DNA from: a virus
Direction: 5' to 3' (one strand)
Length of the DNA: 64,000 nt
Virus record (IMG/VR): IMGVR_UViG_3300045988_129927
Below are positions 25,647 through 35,582 of this stretch, in pieces; within the stretch, counting starts at the first letter, position 1, and the number at the start of each line of letters is the position of its first letter. The notes beneath the pieces are model-generated. The model was given only the letters and a program-made list of their open reading frames with translations, was not told the DNA's origin and did not search any database. Made by a program: the position numbers and the translations under genes.

Positions 25647-27737
25647 TTAACGTTTATTTATTAAATCACTATAGGTATATTCAGGTTGCTCTAATAGATT
25701 AAAGTATTCTAAGTTCATTTGTTCTGGAACAAAGAATTCATCCATAGGACAATCTGACCTATTGGTATAGATATAGGAATTAGGACTTGCCAGTGTTCTA
25801 CCTTGTTTTTCATAAGAAAGAGCACCAGATAAACTACGACCCCAAATCAATTGGTCCATCGTACCCACGCCGTGACCTGTGTGTGGCTTAGGCAGTGAGA
25901 AGTCTTTATTCACAATATCCGTACCTAGCATAGTATATGCTAATACCTGAAGAATGGATAGATTAATTCCTAACTTACTATTTACTGCATCTGATAACTC
26001 CATTAAGAACATCTCTGGTGTTACTGATACAGCACGTTGTTTGATTTCCTTAACTGAAGACTTAATCATCTTTTCCAATCCTTTTGCATATTTATACATA
26101 TCGGATTGTTTCGGAGTAATTTCAACAATAGGTCGATTGGTATCAAAATCAATCATCTCAATTTCTACCATACCATCATCTGTAATTGTCCAACCATTGT
26201 CTTTCATGTACTTCAGTGTTTCCATAGACAGATAACCTACATCTGTAATAGGAACAACATCGACAATTTCTTCAGTTACAGAACCATCCTTTGCAGTAAA
26301 TAGAAGTTTAATACGATTGATGTGTGAAGTACGTCTTGCTGACAATACACCTACATCACGTACATTGCTGATATCTGAAATACCATCAATAGCTTCTTCG
26401 GAAATGATCAACTTAATAGAAGTAAAGTTCTTCTTGATATCGTCTTTCAGACCAGTAGCTAAACCGTCTTTCATTAACTTCATGAATTTTTGTACATGGT
26501 CAGTCAATTCAATCAAAGCACCAATAGCTGATGAAGTATGGTGTTTTGTAGACAATACCAACTGCGTGATAATTTGTGTAAACGAAATAATGGCAAAGTG
26601 TCCTACATTACGATATTTTGGTACACTGCGGGACGCTTGACCAAAACAAGTAGAACATACACCTTGTGGGTCAGAATGCTGACAACCAAAGATGGTTCTT
26701 ACTTTAATTCGTTTACCAATTAAATGGTGGTCTGTTTTCTTAATAGGTTTTAAGATAGGTTCTAATTTACCGTTTACTTCTACTTCATCAGCAACATAAT
26801 ACATACCTTCTAGGAATTCCAAATCTGAAATCACATAGCCATCTCGATTGTCTCGTACCTGGAATTCAAAATAATATTCAGAACCACAGTCACCAAAGTG
26901 TAGATTTCTCAATTCCATGCCAATGAATTGTACACGTCGAGAAAAATACTCTGTAAACTTCAATGGAGCAGATTGGTTATTCAGAGACATTGCTGCTGTA
27001 CGTGATTCAATTAATCTATCGTACATTCTGTGGAAGCCGTCCATATAACCATCCTGAATAGGTTCGTTAAAGATATCAGAGTTAATATCCGTTACAGAAC
27101 CACGGGGGCCAAAACATTGCATCAATTGTGGAATCTTAATCACACTTGAACGCATCATGATGGAAATGTTATTGTATTTGTGTTTTTCTGAAGTCATTAC
27201 CTTTTGTTTGCGCTTATAAATACTGGCAATGTAATGTGGATCTTTTACCGTATTTGCGTTAACTGGATAATCCTTCTTAATCTTAATAATCTCAGGGTCA
27301 AATTCGATATCTAAGATGTCTTCAATGTTCATCGACATATGGTATTTTGCACGATGAATTTGTACATCATTAAAGATATCGTTAAATGCCCTCATGTATT
27401 CTTCCCATACTTCAGATTGCAAAGCCCATGCTTGTTCATTGGTATCCATTGGATAGATATCAAATACACTGTTTACAATCTTAGAAAGAAATAAACGAAA
27501 CGACGTAGGTGTAAAAGAGAGTTCGTCTTTCATGTAAGATGAAATAAAATGCTCTTTAGTGATTGGGACATTGGGAAACTTTTTAATGATTTCCCATCCG
27601 TATCGTGAGATTGCAACTTGTGTCCCTGTTGTATCGATTACTTCGCCGTCGTCAAACTGTAGTTTAAACTTACCGACAAAGTTCTCCAATACATCGATAG
27701 GACTTGCATCTAGTATTTTCCTTGCAGCTAATTGCAT
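25647..27737 (-). CDS. multisubunit RNA polymerase beta-prime-like subunit, C-terminal fragment
   Basis: RTIFGCQHSDPQGVCSTCFG matches the beta-prime ...C...GVCxxCYG segment. IESRTAAMS...EYFSRRV is bridge-helix-like. The early-type promoter motif lies 32 nt upstream. Confidence 0.65.
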   Translation of the reverse strand: MQLAARKILDASPIDVLENFVGKFKLQFDDGEVIDTTGTQVAISRYGWEIIKKFPNVPITKEHFISSYMKDELSFTPTSFRLFLSKIVNSVFDIYPMDTNEQAWALQSEVWEEYMRAFNDIFNDVQIHRAKYHMSMNIEDILDIEFDPEIIKIKKDYPVNANTVKDPHYIASIYKRKQKVMTSEKHKYNNISIMMRSSVIKIPQLMQCFGPRGSVTDINSDIFNEPIQDGYMDGFHRMYDRLIESRTAAMSLNNQSAPLKFTEYFSRRVQFIGMELRNLHFGDCGSEYYFEFQVRDNRDGYVISDLEFLEGMYYVADEVEVNGKLEPILKPIKKTDHHLIGKRIKVRTIFGCQHSDPQGVCSTCFGQASRSVPKYRNVGHFAIISFTQIITQLVLSTKHHTSSAIGALIELTDHVQKFMKLMKDGLATGLKDDIKKNFTSIKLIISEEAIDGISDISNVRDVGVLSARRTSHINRIKLLFTAKDGSVTEEIVDVVPITDVGYLSMETLKYMKDNGWTITDDGMVEIEMIDFDTNRPIVEITPKQSDMYKYAKGLEKMIKSSVKEIKQRAVSVTPEMFLMELSDAVNSKLGINLSILQVLAYTMLGTDIVNKDFSLPKPHTGHGVGTMDQLIWGRSLSGALSYEKQGRTLASPNSYIYTNRSDCPMDEFFVPEQMNLEYFNLLEQPEYTYSDLINKR

Positions 27738-27757
27738 GTTGTTTTCCTTTATAAAAC

Positions 27758-27796
27758 AATAGGTCCAACATATTAATAGTATATATCAGACCTATT
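27758..27796 (-). terminator. hairpin after the beta C-terminal gene, with a promoter motif in its 23-nt loop
   Basis: 8-bp stem AATAGGTC/GACCTATT, 10 nt past the stop of 27806..30181. Confidence 0.4.
27769..27787 (-). promoter_or_regulatory. early-type promoter motif lying in the loop of hairpin 27758..27796
   Basis: GATATATACTATTAATATG, 32 nt upstream of the ATG at 27737. Confidence 0.45.
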
Positions 27797-27805
27797 ATTC
27801 ATTTT

Positions 27806-30181
27806 TTAGTCATTGTCGTTGTCGTTGTTTTCCTCATCATTAGAACCAGATTCATCTTGCTCATCTGGATTGTCTGATGATTCATCCAAGTCTACTTCTT
27901 TATCATCGTCATCGTTTTGTTGATTGTTCTGATTTCTACCAGTCTTAACTTTAGGCTGTTCATCTTCACTCTCATCAATTTCCATACAGATTGCACCTGT
28001 AATAGGATCGATTTTAGACAATACTTGTTGACTTGGGTCAAACTCAGCATACACCATCTTCGTACCATTTGTTTGGATAAAATGTCGAAGAATTTGTAAT
28101 GGTCTATTTGCACCAATATTAATCTCATTAGGATTAATTACATCGTCGATGTCTGTTGGTCTGTCTGTCGTATAAATCGTTGTTAAGATTTTATCAACAG
28201 TTTCTGGGTTATTAGAACGGTCATGTAGGACTGCTGCTAAACCAGAAGGACCACTACCTACTAACAAACGACCTTCAGACTCACCTGGGAATTTAGTAGC
28301 CTGTTTACGGATTTGTTGAGTAGTCTTATCTTTAGAGGTTAATGGGACAATAATACCATTAGGTTGTGTTGCTGCTGTGGATACTGCTGCGGCATCATCA
28401 CCAATCTTTTCAAGACAGATATAGTATTGTGGACCAATACGCTGTGGTGTTGCAGTATCTTCAAAACATTGTTTATAAGGATTCCAGAATCTTAAGCAGT
28501 TTGGATCTGATAAGAAACCTTCTTCTTTTAATGCTTTAAATACATGTAACATACGACGATTATTACCATGAGGCATCCAGATAATTGGTGTCTCGTGAAT
28601 CATGTGGTACAAATCTACTGTCTTTTCTTGGAAGGACATTGATTTATAGAAATCGTAATGTTTGTTTGAACAGATTTCGTAAAATCTTTCCAGACGTGCA
28701 AAGATAGGTTCAAGTACATCACGTGGTAATCGAATCACTTTATCACGTAGATTAGGTGTAGACTCATTTAGATTAACTGTATTACATACCCATTGTTTCA
28801 ATTCCAACATGGCAGCTTTTAAGCTAACCTCGTAAGTTTGACCTTGGTTCATTCGGTTAAATGTAGAGTTTACACCAATACAAATATCCGCACGAATACC
28901 TGTAATAGGATCGTAAGGCATTTGAGAGGGTTCTACTGTCACCACATCGGCGATTACACCTTTGTTACCATGTAAACCTGTGATTTTAAAACCTGGGCCT
29001 ACTTCTTTAGTATACTCGGTTGTTACGATAATAGTGATATCATCTAACTTACGATTGAAGTTTGAAACTTTCTGGATAGGTACATTACGAGTACGTTCAT
29101 CACTTGTTGGTTCATTGGTAATAGCCATACAGTGTTTAATCAGTTGGTCAAAATCATCTGTAAACTCTGCATTACCATTGGTCTTAGCCATGATTTTACG
29201 ATATTCATTAACAATACGTTCGCAAAAATCACGATAAGCATTTGCATACTTATCTAATTGTTCCATGACTTTAGGTGCTACTGCTGTATTGGTTTTAGGT
29301 TGTTTGTATACAATGATATCAATTACACGAGCTTCTTGACCATTACCATCTAGTGGTACATCTGTTACTGAATCAAAAATCCGTGTAGATTTCTTCGTAA
29401 ACATGATAGGTAAAAGGTCAGGACGATATTCACGTTTTGCCATGACAATACCAGAATAGGCTTGACCTGTAGGAATACAGTATTCACCGATATCTGGCAT
29501 GACTTTATAGTTGTCATCATCACCATACAAATTCAATGGGAATTCTTTTTCACCTAATTCAAATACACGTGTGGTAAATGTTTTAGTTTTAAGTAATGGT
29601 GCAACATCTTTGGCAATCAGAATCGAGTCTTCAATCGTACCTTCTAAAGAAGAATACAAAGTATTTAAATCAATACCTGGTGAATACAAACCATGCTTAT
29701 CTTTTGCAGGTGTATCGTATAGTACTGTTCCTTTTGGAATACTGTTACCGACACGAATCTGTTGTGCTTCTTCAGTTGGTTTATATTCAAAACCAAACTT
29801 AGGATGTGATGAACTAAAACGATTAATGTCAATAATACCAAATAATGGACGAGAACCTTCATCGAATGTTTGGTAGATAACAATCTGTTGTGGGTTCAAT
29901 TGAATGCCGTTATGTTGGGACGGAATATAACGGTTTACAATCGAAAATACTACCATGTTATGGGGTGTGGTAATGGAATTAGAGAATCTACCGTACTCTA
30001 TATCCGCACCAGTTTGAATCATATTCGGCTTACACCCACTAATCACATAGTGTTGTGAAATGGCATTTGCCTGCATTTGACCACGTGATGAAGACGTGTA
30101 TTCACTAAACGGATTAAAGGCGGTCGCACCAATTAACCGTATATCGTTTTCGTTATAGACTGTTTCAATTTGTTCAGTCAT
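27806..30181 (-). CDS. multisubunit RNA polymerase beta-like subunit, C-terminal fragment, with ~70-aa poly-acidic C-terminal tail
   Basis: SSSRGQMQANAISQ resembles NRALMGANMQRQAVP. GLHGNKGVIADVV resembles GRHGNKGV. MPYDPITGIRADICIGVNSTFNRMNQGQ resembles MPY..G...DI.LNPL..PSRMN.GQ. The tail reads ...DDDDKEVDLDESSDNPDEQDESGSNDEENNDNDND. Confidence 0.8.
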   Translation of the reverse strand: MTEQIETVYNENDIRLIGATAFNPFSEYTSSSRGQMQANAISQHYVISGCKPNMIQTGADIEYGRFSNSITTPHNMVVFSIVNRYIPSQHNGIQLNPQQIVIYQTFDEGSRPLFGIIDINRFSSSHPKFGFEYKPTEEAQQIRVGNSIPKGTVLYDTPAKDKHGLYSPGIDLNTLYSSLEGTIEDSILIAKDVAPLLKTKTFTTRVFELGEKEFPLNLYGDDDNYKVMPDIGEYCIPTGQAYSGIVMAKREYRPDLLPIMFTKKSTRIFDSVTDVPLDGNGQEARVIDIIVYKQPKTNTAVAPKVMEQLDKYANAYRDFCERIVNEYRKIMAKTNGNAEFTDDFDQLIKHCMAITNEPTSDERTRNVPIQKVSNFNRKLDDITIIVTTEYTKEVGPGFKITGLHGNKGVIADVVTVEPSQMPYDPITGIRADICIGVNSTFNRMNQGQTYEVSLKAAMLELKQWVCNTVNLNESTPNLRDKVIRLPRDVLEPIFARLERFYEICSNKHYDFYKSMSFQEKTVDLYHMIHETPIIWMPHGNNRRMLHVFKALKEEGFLSDPNCLRFWNPYKQCFEDTATPQRIGPQYYICLEKIGDDAAAVSTAATQPNGIIVPLTSKDKTTQQIRKQATKFPGESEGRLLVGSGPSGLAAVLHDRSNNPETVDKILTTIYTTDRPTDIDDVINPNEINIGANRPLQILRHFIQTNGTKMVYAEFDPSQQVLSKIDPITGAICMEIDESEDEQPKVKTGRNQNNQQNDDDDKEVDLDESSDNPDEQDESGSNDEENNDNDND

Positions 30182-30244
30182 TTTGGTTTCCTTTTATAAG
30201 TGCTTCACTATACTAAAAGATAGAATAATACTATTCTATTTCTT

Positions 30245-30263
30245 CCAATTTAATAATATATAC
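30245..30263 (-). promoter_or_regulatory. early-type promoter motif
   Basis: GTATATATTATTAAATTGG, 64 nt upstream of the ATG at 30181. The leader hairpin ATAGAATA/TATTCTAT is at 30220-30239. Confidence 0.5.
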
Positions 30264-30279
30264 CTGAAAGGTTTTACAA

Positions 30280-30627
30280 ATGGCATCATCATTACTTGAT
30301 TCTACATTCGATGATGGCGATTACGTATCTGAAAGTTTTAAAACAGTATTAGAGGACCACTTATCTATCTTAAGTGACCCTAAAAATATTGAGGAATTTA
30401 AAACAATCTCTCCTATTGACGCAAATCGCTTTGAATACGATTTCTATGGTTTGTTAAGAAACTTAGCTGTACCAGTACAACACCATTGGATTACAATGAG
30501 AATTAATGGTTATTCTTCACCTAGTGAATATAAAAAAGATAAGCTAACAATTAAGATTCCTCGTTCTGAATTAATTAATAGTTTACTTTCTTACCATAAT
30601 CAAATTGTAAAACGGACAGCTAGTTAA
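30280..30627 (+). CDS. hypothetical protein (115 aa)
   Basis: Track ORF with AAAGG SD. A convergent hairpin follows. Confidence 0.7.
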   Translation: MASSLLDSTFDDGDYVSESFKTVLEDHLSILSDPKNIEEFKTISPIDANRFEYDFYGLLRNLAVPVQHHWITMRINGYSSPSEYKKDKLTIKIPRSELINSLLSYHNQIVKRTAS

Positions 30628-30674
30628 GTAGAACTACTCCTAGATAATATCATGTTAAAAAAATATATAGTAAT

Positions 30675-30706
30675 CTAGATACACTACCATTTGGTAGTGT
30701 ATCTAG
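30675..30706. terminator. bidirectional hairpin terminator
   Basis: 14-bp stem CTAGATACACTACC/GGTAGTGTATCTAG with loop ATTT, between convergent 30280..30627 and 30717..32204. Confidence 0.65.
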
Positions 30707-30716
30707 TTATTACTAT

Positions 30717-32204
30717 TTATCGTTTACGAGTACTAAACAATGAAGCAGAACCATTACGAGCGAAGAAGTTATTGTTACCACCATTATAACCACCGTAACC
30801 GAAACCCGCATTTCTTGGTACATTCACTGAATGTGATTGGCCAGGAACATAACCATTAACTGCTGCAGGAGGTGTAAACATACGATGATGATTGTTAATC
30901 ATGTTCTGACGATGTGCTTGGAAACCATTGTATTGACCATTGTTTGGTTGATACTGTTGTACGGTATCTTGACGACGTAAGAATTGATTACCACCTGCTT
31001 GTTGTACTGGTTGAGCTTGTTGGTATACAGGTTGTACGTATTGTACTGGCTCTTGACGTGCCAAGAACTGATTACCTGCTTGCACTGGCTGTGCTACTGG
31101 TGCTGTTTGAGTAGTTTGTACATTAGCTGGATGTACTATAGCAGGGTGTCCAGCTACCTGTTCTGTTACTGCACCATATTTACTACGAGAAGGAGCTTCT
31201 TGTTTTACTTCTTCTTGAGTAATAGCTGCTACACCTTCATTACCATCTTGCAAAGGAATCAACAAATACTCTTTACGCCAATCACGTACTGTAAAGGTAC
31301 CTGTTTCTGATTCTTTTACCAACTCTTCCAACCAATCGATATCGATATGGGTGGTTTCATGACATTCTTTCGATACTTCTTTAGCATGAACCATACCTTT
31401 ACCAGTATAGAACATATCAGAAATAGCATTCAGTCGTTTAGGTAATGTCAACAATGAGCGAACAAATGATTCGCAATATGGTGCATCAGTAGCGTCAGAT
31501 GAACTATAGAACTCATGGTTCTTTTCATCGATGTTACCGAAGAATGCACGACAAAGGTTTTCGTATGTTTTCAAATCACCTTTACGAACAGATACACCTA
31601 GAATTTTAGGAGTAGCTTGTGTGCCTTTGTTTACTTGTTCAATACAAGTCATGACTTCTTCCAATAATGGTGAAGACCAAATGGCTGCACGTGAGTGTGT
31701 TTTACCGGCCCAGTTTACACCTTTACGCAATGAAAGATATACTGGAGTATTACGAGATTTACGACTAGCTAGATTATTAATAATCTTATCAAAGTCTTTT
31801 ACAAATCTCTCGTCTACTTTACCGATAGAACTGATAAACTTACGTTGTTCTACAGTTAAATCACTGTGGTTTACTGTACCAGATGAAATAGCGACAATAT
31901 CACACATCAGTGCAGAAACTGATGCACCATAGAAATGGTTCAACTCACGACGTACTGCTGACATCACACGTGATTCACCACGCACCAAGTTTTCTTGGAA
32001 TGGATGGAAGAATACGAAATTCATGACATCAGGTGAAGTCATGTTTTCACGTGTAGGCAATACTAAGTATCGAGTTTCACCTTCAATTTCCATAGACACT
32101 GGGTGTGCTTTACCAAATTTCTTACGAACACGACCATTTTCATCTACAACATAGCCACAAGTTGTCAAAAGTGCGTCGTAGACATCTAACATATTAAGTT
32201 TCAT
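30717..32204 (-). CDS. hypothetical protein (495 aa) with ~150-aa Q/P/N/G/Y-rich low-complexity C-terminal tail
   Basis: Track ORF with AAAAGGAA SD. GVNWAGKT fits GxxxxGK[ST] but in a weak context. The tail carries two copies of AG(G)NQFL(A/R)RQ(E/D)(P/T)VQ and ends ...AGFGYGGYNGGNNNFFARNGS.... Confidence 0.8.
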   Translation of the reverse strand: MKLNMLDVYDALLTTCGYVVDENGRVRKKFGKAHPVSMEIEGETRYLVLPTRENMTSPDVMNFVFFHPFQENLVRGESRVMSAVRRELNHFYGASVSALMCDIVAISSGTVNHSDLTVEQRKFISSIGKVDERFVKDFDKIINNLASRKSRNTPVYLSLRKGVNWAGKTHSRAAIWSSPLLEEVMTCIEQVNKGTQATPKILGVSVRKGDLKTYENLCRAFFGNIDEKNHEFYSSSDATDAPYCESFVRSLLTLPKRLNAISDMFYTGKGMVHAKEVSKECHETTHIDIDWLEELVKESETGTFTVRDWRKEYLLIPLQDGNEGVAAITQEEVKQEAPSRSKYGAVTEQVAGHPAIVHPANVQTTQTAPVAQPVQAGNQFLARQEPVQYVQPVYQQAQPVQQAGGNQFLRRQDTVQQYQPNNGQYNGFQAHRQNMINNHHRMFTPPAAVNGYVPGQSHSVNVPRNAGFGYGGYNGGNNNFFARNGSASLFSTRKR

Positions 32205-32224
32205 TTGAATTCCTTTTATAGAAA

Positions 32225-32248
32225 AAGAGGTAGTGTTAGCTACCTCTT
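32225..32248 (-). terminator. hairpin terminator
   Basis: 9-bp stem AAGAGGTAG/CTACCTCTT with a 6-nt loop, downstream of 32254..33828. Confidence 0.5.
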
Positions 32249-32253
32249 ACAGA

Positions 32254-33828
32254 TTAATAGACATTACCTGGGTTATGTCCGCTTTGCATATGGTCAAACA
32301 CATCACCCATACCACCAGTATAACCAGTGATACCACTAGAACTGATTACTGTTTCTTCAACCAAATCCATTACCGCACCAATATCACGTGAATTGTTACG
32401 ATAGGTTTTAGTATTAGTGGTAATCATTGGGGAAAGTGCAGAGTCTGCGAATGAAGGGAAGATGTAGATTTCTTCTGGTTTACCTTCAAACGAGATGGTG
32501 ATACTAATATCGGCATTCATTTCAGCAGATACATGAATAGAATAACCAAGTTCACCACCTTGAGATAACACCATACCCAACTCTTCACCAATGATATTCT
32601 CAAGAGAACCAATGATGTTATTGAAGTTGATGTTTTCTACAAAGCCTGCAATATTAGAAATCATTGTAGAATTTGATGTAGCACCAAATCCACCATGTAC
32701 CACCATGTTTGTTGATGAGAATTCCAACATACGCAACGAATAGTTCAACATCAGTGTGGTTACCATATTAGAAGCAACCAATGCCATTTGGGTTTCCAAT
32801 GTCGGCGCATCCCAAGGGGCACTGTATTCTGTAGTATGATAACCACCATCGAATACATCAGTTTTCTCGTCGATATGTGGATCAATCGCTTGCAACCATT
32901 TGTAATCAAATGTAGAGCTAGAACCACCCATAGTGGAAATAGAAGTCAGAATCTTGGTTTGTGTAATGCTAGGGTCAGCACACGCACCACGTGCTTGGTT
33001 ATACACATCATCAGAACTATACGAACCTGAATTAGCAAATAACTTTGCTTGGTCTGTATAAGATTCAATGATTTTTGAAGTCAATGCTGTAGGTGAATTA
33101 AACTTACGATAAGACAGTGTAGGATAATTACTTACTGATTTATAGTCACTGCGAATGGTCGTTACACCACTGTTATCAGGAACATCAGTAATACCGTCTA
33201 CTGAATTAATCTTACCTGATTGAATCAAATTCATTGGCGTCATTTTCAACGCATTTTGACTATTGTAAGTTCCAGCACCTAAACCACCACCAAATACAGC
33301 AAATGAATCTTTAATGACTGGGACAGCAAGGTTATTCAAATAACGTGTACCGATGGTTGATACAGAGTTAATGTAAAACGTAGTATCTGGTGCAATGATG
33401 ACATCTTCAGTATTTTGCACATAGCGATTAGTGTGCGCTACGTCAAATCGGTCAGTATAACCTGTAACCAATTCTGTTGTTTCGATATTACCAGATGTTG
33501 TACGGATTTGCATCATGAACACAAAACGATCTTCATTCCAACCAAATGGAATAGATACTGAATTAGGTACTACATTGTCTGCAAACGCCAGTGTTTCTGG
33601 ACGAGATGAAGGCAAGATAAAGTTAGCGGTTGTTTTGGCAATCACTGAACCTGGAATCTTGCCGTTAAAATCACGAATCATGTTACCAATTTCTGCAGCA
33701 GCCACACCTGTCATTGTAGTGACATTAGGACGCAGAAACTGGTCTTGATACCCTGCTACCTTAATAAGATTAAGATAGTCTACAATTATTGGTGAATTAC
33801 GGTGTGAACCAATAAACGTATTAGCCAT
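32254..33828 (-). CDS. hypothetical protein (524 aa), codon-biased (probably abundant)
   Basis: Track ORF with GGAG SD. It has elevated G/C-ending codon use, and a hairpin follows the stop. Confidence 0.8.
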   Translation of the reverse strand: MANTFIGSHRNSPIIVDYLNLIKVAGYQDQFLRPNVTTMTGVAAAEIGNMIRDFNGKIPGSVIAKTTANFILPSSRPETLAFADNVVPNSVSIPFGWNEDRFVFMMQIRTTSGNIETTELVTGYTDRFDVAHTNRYVQNTEDVIIAPDTTFYINSVSTIGTRYLNNLAVPVIKDSFAVFGGGLGAGTYNSQNALKMTPMNLIQSGKINSVDGITDVPDNSGVTTIRSDYKSVSNYPTLSYRKFNSPTALTSKIIESYTDQAKLFANSGSYSSDDVYNQARGACADPSITQTKILTSISTMGGSSSTFDYKWLQAIDPHIDEKTDVFDGGYHTTEYSAPWDAPTLETQMALVASNMVTTLMLNYSLRMLEFSSTNMVVHGGFGATSNSTMISNIAGFVENINFNNIIGSLENIIGEELGMVLSQGGELGYSIHVSAEMNADISITISFEGKPEEIYIFPSFADSALSPMITTNTKTYRNNSRDIGAVMDLVEETVISSSGITGYTGGMGDVFDHMQSGHNPGNVY

Positions 33829-33849
33829 TTTGAAACTCCATTATATAAA

Positions 33850-35451
33850 TTAATTAAATTCGTCTTGAACAAACTCTTGTTCAGACTCTACTACCAACAT
33901 CAATTCACCGATTTTATTACGAATGTCAGAAGGTAGAATCAAGCGTTTATCACGTGTGACTAAATTGGATTCTTCTAACCATTTTTCTGGCAATGTCAAT
34001 AACCAATTATATTCAAACAATCCTTTATGGATTAATTCAATACAACCAATATACGACATATTGCGTTTTTCTGATTTAGTAATCCCACCTAAATCATAGG
34101 TTTTTGCCAGGCGTTCAGATAAACCTGCTTCCAGATTTTTACGATAACTTGGTTGAACAAATGTAGAATCACGATTGGGTTGTAAAGCAATCGCTGAAAT
34201 CACTGCTGCAAATTCATGAAATCCTTTATGCCAAAGAATAGCACGAACCAAACCAATTAAGTTAATCAACTCATTTAATTCCAAATGGTCGAAAATCACT
34301 GTATTAACAGAACGATGTACTATCCATTTGGTAATGGTTAATTGTACATCTTGAATTGGTTTCATGTACTGTCTATCTTCTGACAAGTAGCTATAGTTGG
34401 TATTCATTTGCATGATATTATCCATGGATTCCAAGTATAAATCTTCAGGCAAATCTGGACACAATGATTGAATCAAACGTTGATGGTCTGAAATAGCTAA
34501 CTTCAAGAACATCTTTTCATCAGCCAATAAACGTGAACGAACAAAGCCAACATCTAATACAGACTGTGAGTTAGATTCATTACCTTTCTTATCTTCTACA
34601 GGATTCTTCTTCATTTGGATTTGAGTAGAATCAGCACCATAAGATTTTGAAGCCTGTTTGATTTTATTAGACAAGAAGAAATAAGTTTGTGCAATCAAAT
34701 GATACGAATCATCATTACCTGAAATATCACCTTGAGCAATCTTCTTCAAGATAATAACAGAATACAGGTAATTATAGAAATCGTCTTCTGATAAACCAGA
34801 TACCAATACAGCATTAGTCTCTAACTTCAGTTTAGTATTTGCAATAAACTCACGTAAGCGATTCTCGGCTGTACAGATATAGTTCTTCTCTGGATTAGAT
34901 ACCATGCATGTATCGTATAAGATTTCCATCGAATACACTTCTTTAGCATCTTTACCAAATTCACTATTTAATCGATTATGTATATCACCCCAAATAGGAG
35001 CGACAAATCGTAATGCGAGTGAGTATGTTACCAAATCTAAATAGTCTTGATAGACATAAGTCGTTTGTGGGTCGTAGTTAGTTTCCTTTTTATTGGAAAC
35101 ATACACTGGCGTATTAGGGAGGGTAATCCAGTGTTTCATTTCATCTAGATTCACTTTAGCGTAAATCTTAATAAAATGTTTATTCAATACTCCAATCAAA
35201 CGATTAACATCATTGATTTCAAGAATAGATTTTTTGATATCTTTATAGATTTCAAAAATTTCTTTGTGCCATTGTGCTGGCTTGGTCTTTAACCATTCAT
35301 TAAATTCTAAGAATGGAGAAGCTGCTGCCATGACATCATGGTTATCTCGACCTTTCTTATAATAGGTCATTGAGAATGACACAGACTCATTCTGATAACA
35401 GACGAGTACATTGGCCTTTGTACTGTCCATTTCAAAAGTTATGTAGTTCAT
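33850..35451 (-). CDS. hypothetical protein (533 aa)
   Basis: Track ORF with AAAAGGAAA SD. The early-type promoter motif lies 50 nt upstream. Confidence 0.8.
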   Translation of the reverse strand: MNYITFEMDSTKANVLVCYQNESVSFSMTYYKKGRDNHDVMAAASPFLEFNEWLKTKPAQWHKEIFEIYKDIKKSILEINDVNRLIGVLNKHFIKIYAKVNLDEMKHWITLPNTPVYVSNKKETNYDPQTTYVYQDYLDLVTYSLALRFVAPIWGDIHNRLNSEFGKDAKEVYSMEILYDTCMVSNPEKNYICTAENRLREFIANTKLKLETNAVLVSGLSEDDFYNYLYSVIILKKIAQGDISGNDDSYHLIAQTYFFLSNKIKQASKSYGADSTQIQMKKNPVEDKKGNESNSQSVLDVGFVRSRLLADEKMFLKLAISDHQRLIQSLCPDLPEDLYLESMDNIMQMNTNYSYLSEDRQYMKPIQDVQLTITKWIVHRSVNTVIFDHLELNELINLIGLVRAILWHKGFHEFAAVISAIALQPNRDSTFVQPSYRKNLEAGLSERLAKTYDLGGITKSEKRNMSYIGCIELIHKGLFEYNWLLTLPEKWLEESNLVTRDKRLILPSDIRNKIGELMLVVESEQEFVQDEFN

Positions 35452-35500
35452 TTTGATTTCCTTTTAATTAAAAGAAGTGGAATATTATCACTAACATCCA

Positions 35501-35519
35501 CCATTATAATATTATATAC
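35501..35519 (-). promoter_or_regulatory. early-type promoter motif
   Basis: GTATATAATATTATAATGG, 50 nt upstream of the ATG at 35451. Confidence 0.4.
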
Positions 35520-35537
35520 TAGAAATAATATATAATA

Positions 35538-35565
35538 CTAGAGACTCTTAGGAAAGAGTCTCTAG
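35538..35565 (-). terminator. hairpin terminator
   Basis: 12-bp stem CTAGAGACTCTT/AAGAGTCTCTAG with loop AGGA, downstream of 35583..36302. Confidence 0.6.
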
Positions 35566-35582
35566 TTTAGCTTTTAAATTAA

